Below, piece by piece: positions 61,427 through 64,000 of a DNA stretch of 64,000 bases (positions are counted from its first letter, which is position 1; each line of letters opens with the position of its first letter). Where the stretch lies: contig OY764159.1 of assembly GCA_963668175.1 (NCBI GenBank), positions 2,560,001 through 2,624,000 of the forward strand. The letters are read 5' to 3'. The translations under genes were made by a program, and so were the position numbers. Below the pieces are notes generated by a model, which was not told where the DNA came from, searched no databases, and worked only from the letters and a program-made list of their open reading frames with translations. Source of the stretch: Syntrophales bacterium (lineage in GTDB: Bacteria; Desulfobacterota; Syntrophia; Syntrophales; PHBD01).

Positions 61427-62098
61427 TTACTTCTTTTTGGAGAAATAGCCGAAGTTGTGGCACTTCGCGCAGTAGTCCTCGGAAGCGGCGTGGGCCTTGT
61501 GGCAGAGGGTGCAGCGGATCTCGCCCAGGTGGCTTTCGTGGGGGTTGGGTTTGACCTTCGCCGTCTTGGCGGCCACGGCGGCATAGCCCTTGTGGCACTC
61601 CAGGCAGCGCTCCTCGGAGGCCCTCTCCTCGGGGAAGAACGAGTCGTGGCACCCTGTGCAGGAGAGTTTCTTCAAGGCGTGCGTATGGTCCAGGTAGGAC
61701 GATTTCGCCCAGGTCTTGAAATACGGGAGCATGGCGTCGGCCTTCTCTTTGGCGGCGGCAACGCCCTTGCCGTCGGCGCCGGAAAGAACGAACTGCCCGC
61801 CGGGCCCCTGTTCGTGGCACACGCCGCAGGTGCCGGCGAATTTATCCCGGGAAAAATGGCCGTAATGGACGGGCCGCTCCAGGGGCTTGGCTGCGCCGTT
61901 GACCGAGTGGCACCCCAGGCACTGCTTGACGCCTGCGCCGGGAACCGGCGGGTGGGCCTTGGGGAGTGTGGCGGAAAGCTGCGGGTGGCAGCTTGTACAG
62001 CCTTTGGACGCGGTTGCCGTCCGGGCGGTGCCGGAAAAGAGCAATACGGCGGCCGCAAGGGCGATTACCGTTGTCGTTAAAAAGAGTTTCTGTTTCAT
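61427..62098 (-). CDS. Periplasmic multiheme cytochrome c (7 CxxCH)
   Basis: Signal peptide; CTSCH, CLGCH, CGVCH, CTGCH, CLECH, CTLCH, CAKCH; NPHESH. Confidence 0.93.
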   Translation of the reverse strand: MKQKLFLTTTVIALAAAVLLFSGTARTATASKGCTSCHPQLSATLPKAHPPVPGAGVKQCLGCHSVNGAAKPLERPVHYGHFSRDKFAGTCGVCHEQGPGGQFVLSGADGKGVAAAKEKADAMLPYFKTWAKSSYLDHTHALKKLSCTGCHDSFFPEERASEERCLECHKGYAAVAAKTAKVKPNPHESHLGEIRCTLCHKAHAASEDYCAKCHNFGYFSKKK

Positions 62099-62947
62099 GG
62101 GTGTTTGAACAGGCCTTTCTTTAAAATATCCCCAAGTATAAAACCGGGCCGCCGGTCTGTCAAATACAAAATCCGGCCTTTCCTCATGAAAATATTCATG
62201 AATGTTGAATTGTATGAATATAGTGTATGCACGAATCTGTTATCGGGAGAGCGACTTTCAGGTAACCGACGGCGGGGACCTCATGGCGTATTCCATGAGG
62301 CGTATGGCGTTTGTGGTTTCCGCCCGCCGGGATATGCACTTGCCGCCGGAAAATGCAACGGCCTGTTCGCGTGAACGGACCGAAAAAAAGGCCGGTTCCT
62401 GCCGCAGCGTCCGGATAACGTGACAATATTGTGCATCCGTTTTTTCGCAATGGACCAATTCGGAATAACCGGAAACGCCCCCTGATAACGGCAGGCGGAA
62501 GGCGTTTTCGTATTGTAGTAATGAAATCGAATAGATGTGTCATGGCGTGGCTCCCGCCGACACGGCCGTGCGTCGCGAATCCCCTTTGACGGCCCGGGAA
62601 TGCCTAACGTCCGCCGACGGGCGAACGGACAATAATGGAACATGGCAAGGAAGGACGGCGCCCCGGAACTTCCGGGCCGTTATTCCCGCGGTTGAAAACG
62701 TGCTTTTCCTTGCGGAATGTGCTAAGCACGCGGTCGGGCCAGCCGGACGGCAGGCGTCGGCACGGCCGCCGGACCGGGAAATACGCTCGCGAATGTTCCG
62801 CCACGATGCCGTTTTGTTTCGTAAATGTCCCTGCCTTTTTGGAACAAAATTGTCCACAATTTATCTTGATGGAACGAAAATGTAACTCATGGCACCGGTC
62901 CGCCTTGTGTAACATGTTGAATATGCTGATATTATAGAATGAAAGAG

Positions 62948-62963
62948 TGGCAAGAAAATTGCA
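62948..62963 (+). promoter_or_regulatory. sigma54 promoter upstream of glutamine synthetase
   Basis: TGGCAAGAAAATTGCA = GG-N10-GC. Confidence 0.8.
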
Positions 62964-63124
62964 ATTAGCGTGGATCATTACAGTCGTATAGGCTGCCGCG
63001 CCGCGCCGTAAACCCGGAGTGGCGAGGCTTGTTTGCAAGGCCGAGCGGCGCTCTTCCCGTCGAAGGCGCTTAAGGCAATAGAAATGCTTACTTACATACA
63101 AAATACACCATACAAGGAGAGCGC

Positions 63125-64000
63125 ATGAAAAGAACGGTCCCAATCGCAGCATCGGAAAGAAGTTACGCGGTCAAGAAGGAGAAGTGCCAGTCCGTCTCAG
63201 GCTATTACGGCGAGGATACCTTCAATTGCAGGGTCATGAAGGACCGGCTGTCCACCGAGACATTCAAGAAACTCATGGCCATCATCGACGAGAACAAGAC
63301 CCTCGATATCGAGACCGCCAATGTCGTCGCCCATGCCATGATGCAGTGGGCCATCGAGAAGGGCGCCACCCATTTCGCCCACTGGTTCCAGCCCATGACC
63401 GGCTACACGGCGGAAAAGCACGACGCCTTCATCGACCCGATCGGCGTCGGCAGCGTCATCGAGCGTTTCTCGGGCAAGCAGCTTGTCCAGGGCGAACCGG
63501 ACGCGTCGAGCTTCCCGAGCGGCGGCATCCGGTCGACCTTCGAAGCCCGCGGCTACACGGCCTGGGACATGTCTTCCCCCGCGTTCATCCGCCGCAACGG
63601 CATTTCCACGACGCTGTGCATCCCGACGGCCTTCATCTCCTACACGGGCGAAGCCCTCGACAAGAAGACCCCGCTTCTGCGATCGAACAAGGCCGTCAGC
63701 AAGAGCGCCGTCGCCATCCTGAATCTCCTCGGCGCCAAGGACATCAAGAGGGTCTATTCGACGCTGGGTCCCGAGCAGGAATACTTCCTGATCGATGCGG
63801 ACTACTACTACAAGCGCCAGGACCTCGTCCTCGGCGGCCGGACCGTCGTCGGCGCAGCGCCCGCGAAAGGCCAGGAGCTGGAAGACCAGTATTTCGGCAG
63901 CATCAAGGAGAGAATCTCCTCCTACATGCACGACATGGAAGAGCAGCTCTTCAAGCTGGGCGTTCCCGCCAAGACCCGACACAACGAAGTGGCCCCCAGC
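63125..64000 (+). CDS. glnA: Glutamine synthetase type III, N-terminal part (runs off window end)
   Basis: Manual translation: [71 protein letters not shown] and HNEVAP; absent from the ORF track because there is no stop. Confidence 0.95.
   Translation, partial: MKRTVPIAASERSYAVKKEKCQSVSGYYGEDTFNCRVMKDRLSTETFKKLMAIIDENKTLDIETANVVAHAMMQWAIEKGATHFAHWFQPMTGYTAEKHDAFIDPIGVGSVIERFSGKQLVQGEPDASSFPSGGIRSTFEARGYTAWDMSSPAFIRRNGISTTLCIPTAFISYTGEALDKKTPLLRSNKAVSKSAVAILNLLGAKDIKRVYSTLGPEQEYFLIDADYYYKRQDLVLGGRTVVGAAPAKGQELEDQYFGSIKERISSYMHDMEEQLFKLGVPAKTRHNEVAPS

Noticed and set aside
62185..62436. Imperfect palindromes TCATGAAAATATTCATGA and ACAATATTGT upstream of the cytochrome operon
   Set aside because: Plausible regulator sites, but single occurrences in AT-rich DNA; no factor can be assigned
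63197..63982. 261-aa minus-strand ORF
   Set aside because: Shadow of the plus-strand glutamine synthetase III gene, which the track missed because it has no stop in the window

Overview
This is a GC-rich bacterial chromosomal window. Its gene content (NifJ-type pyruvate:ferredoxin oxidoreductase, multiheme cytochrome c with a Tat flavoprotein, glutamine synthetase III, PEP-CTERM proteins, two IHF paralogs, sigma54 promoters) suggests an anaerobic Desulfobacterota/Syntrophales-like organism; that is an inference. About 55 CDS are supported. I found no rRNA, tRNA, CRISPR array, integrase or transposase. Main observations: (1) A family of about 10 palindromic repeats (core AATTCCGGGGACACCATACT...AGTATGGTGTCCCCGGAATT) separates AT-rich orphan genes and a toxin-antitoxin pair into cassette-like arrays at 48.6-51.4 kb and 57.8-59.7 kb. 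Both arrays end in the same ~260-bp 'leader' carrying an inward-facing sigma70 promoter, making this a candidate integron-like, REP-based gene-capture system. (2) One protein fuses a nitrilase-like domain to a canonical eukaryote-type FYVE (PI3P-binding) finger, and a second orphan carries a degenerate FYVE-like finger. (3) A YeeE/YedE transporter has an in-frame TGA at the conserved Cys, so it is a probable selenoprotein that the ORF track split in two. (4) A 4-copy MITE and the palindromic repeats are both invaded by ~20-nt C-run/G-run hairpins. (5) The 3' ends of two genes are duplicated and one terminator occurs three times, marking insertion scars. All family calls come from motif recognition by eye; no database search was run.
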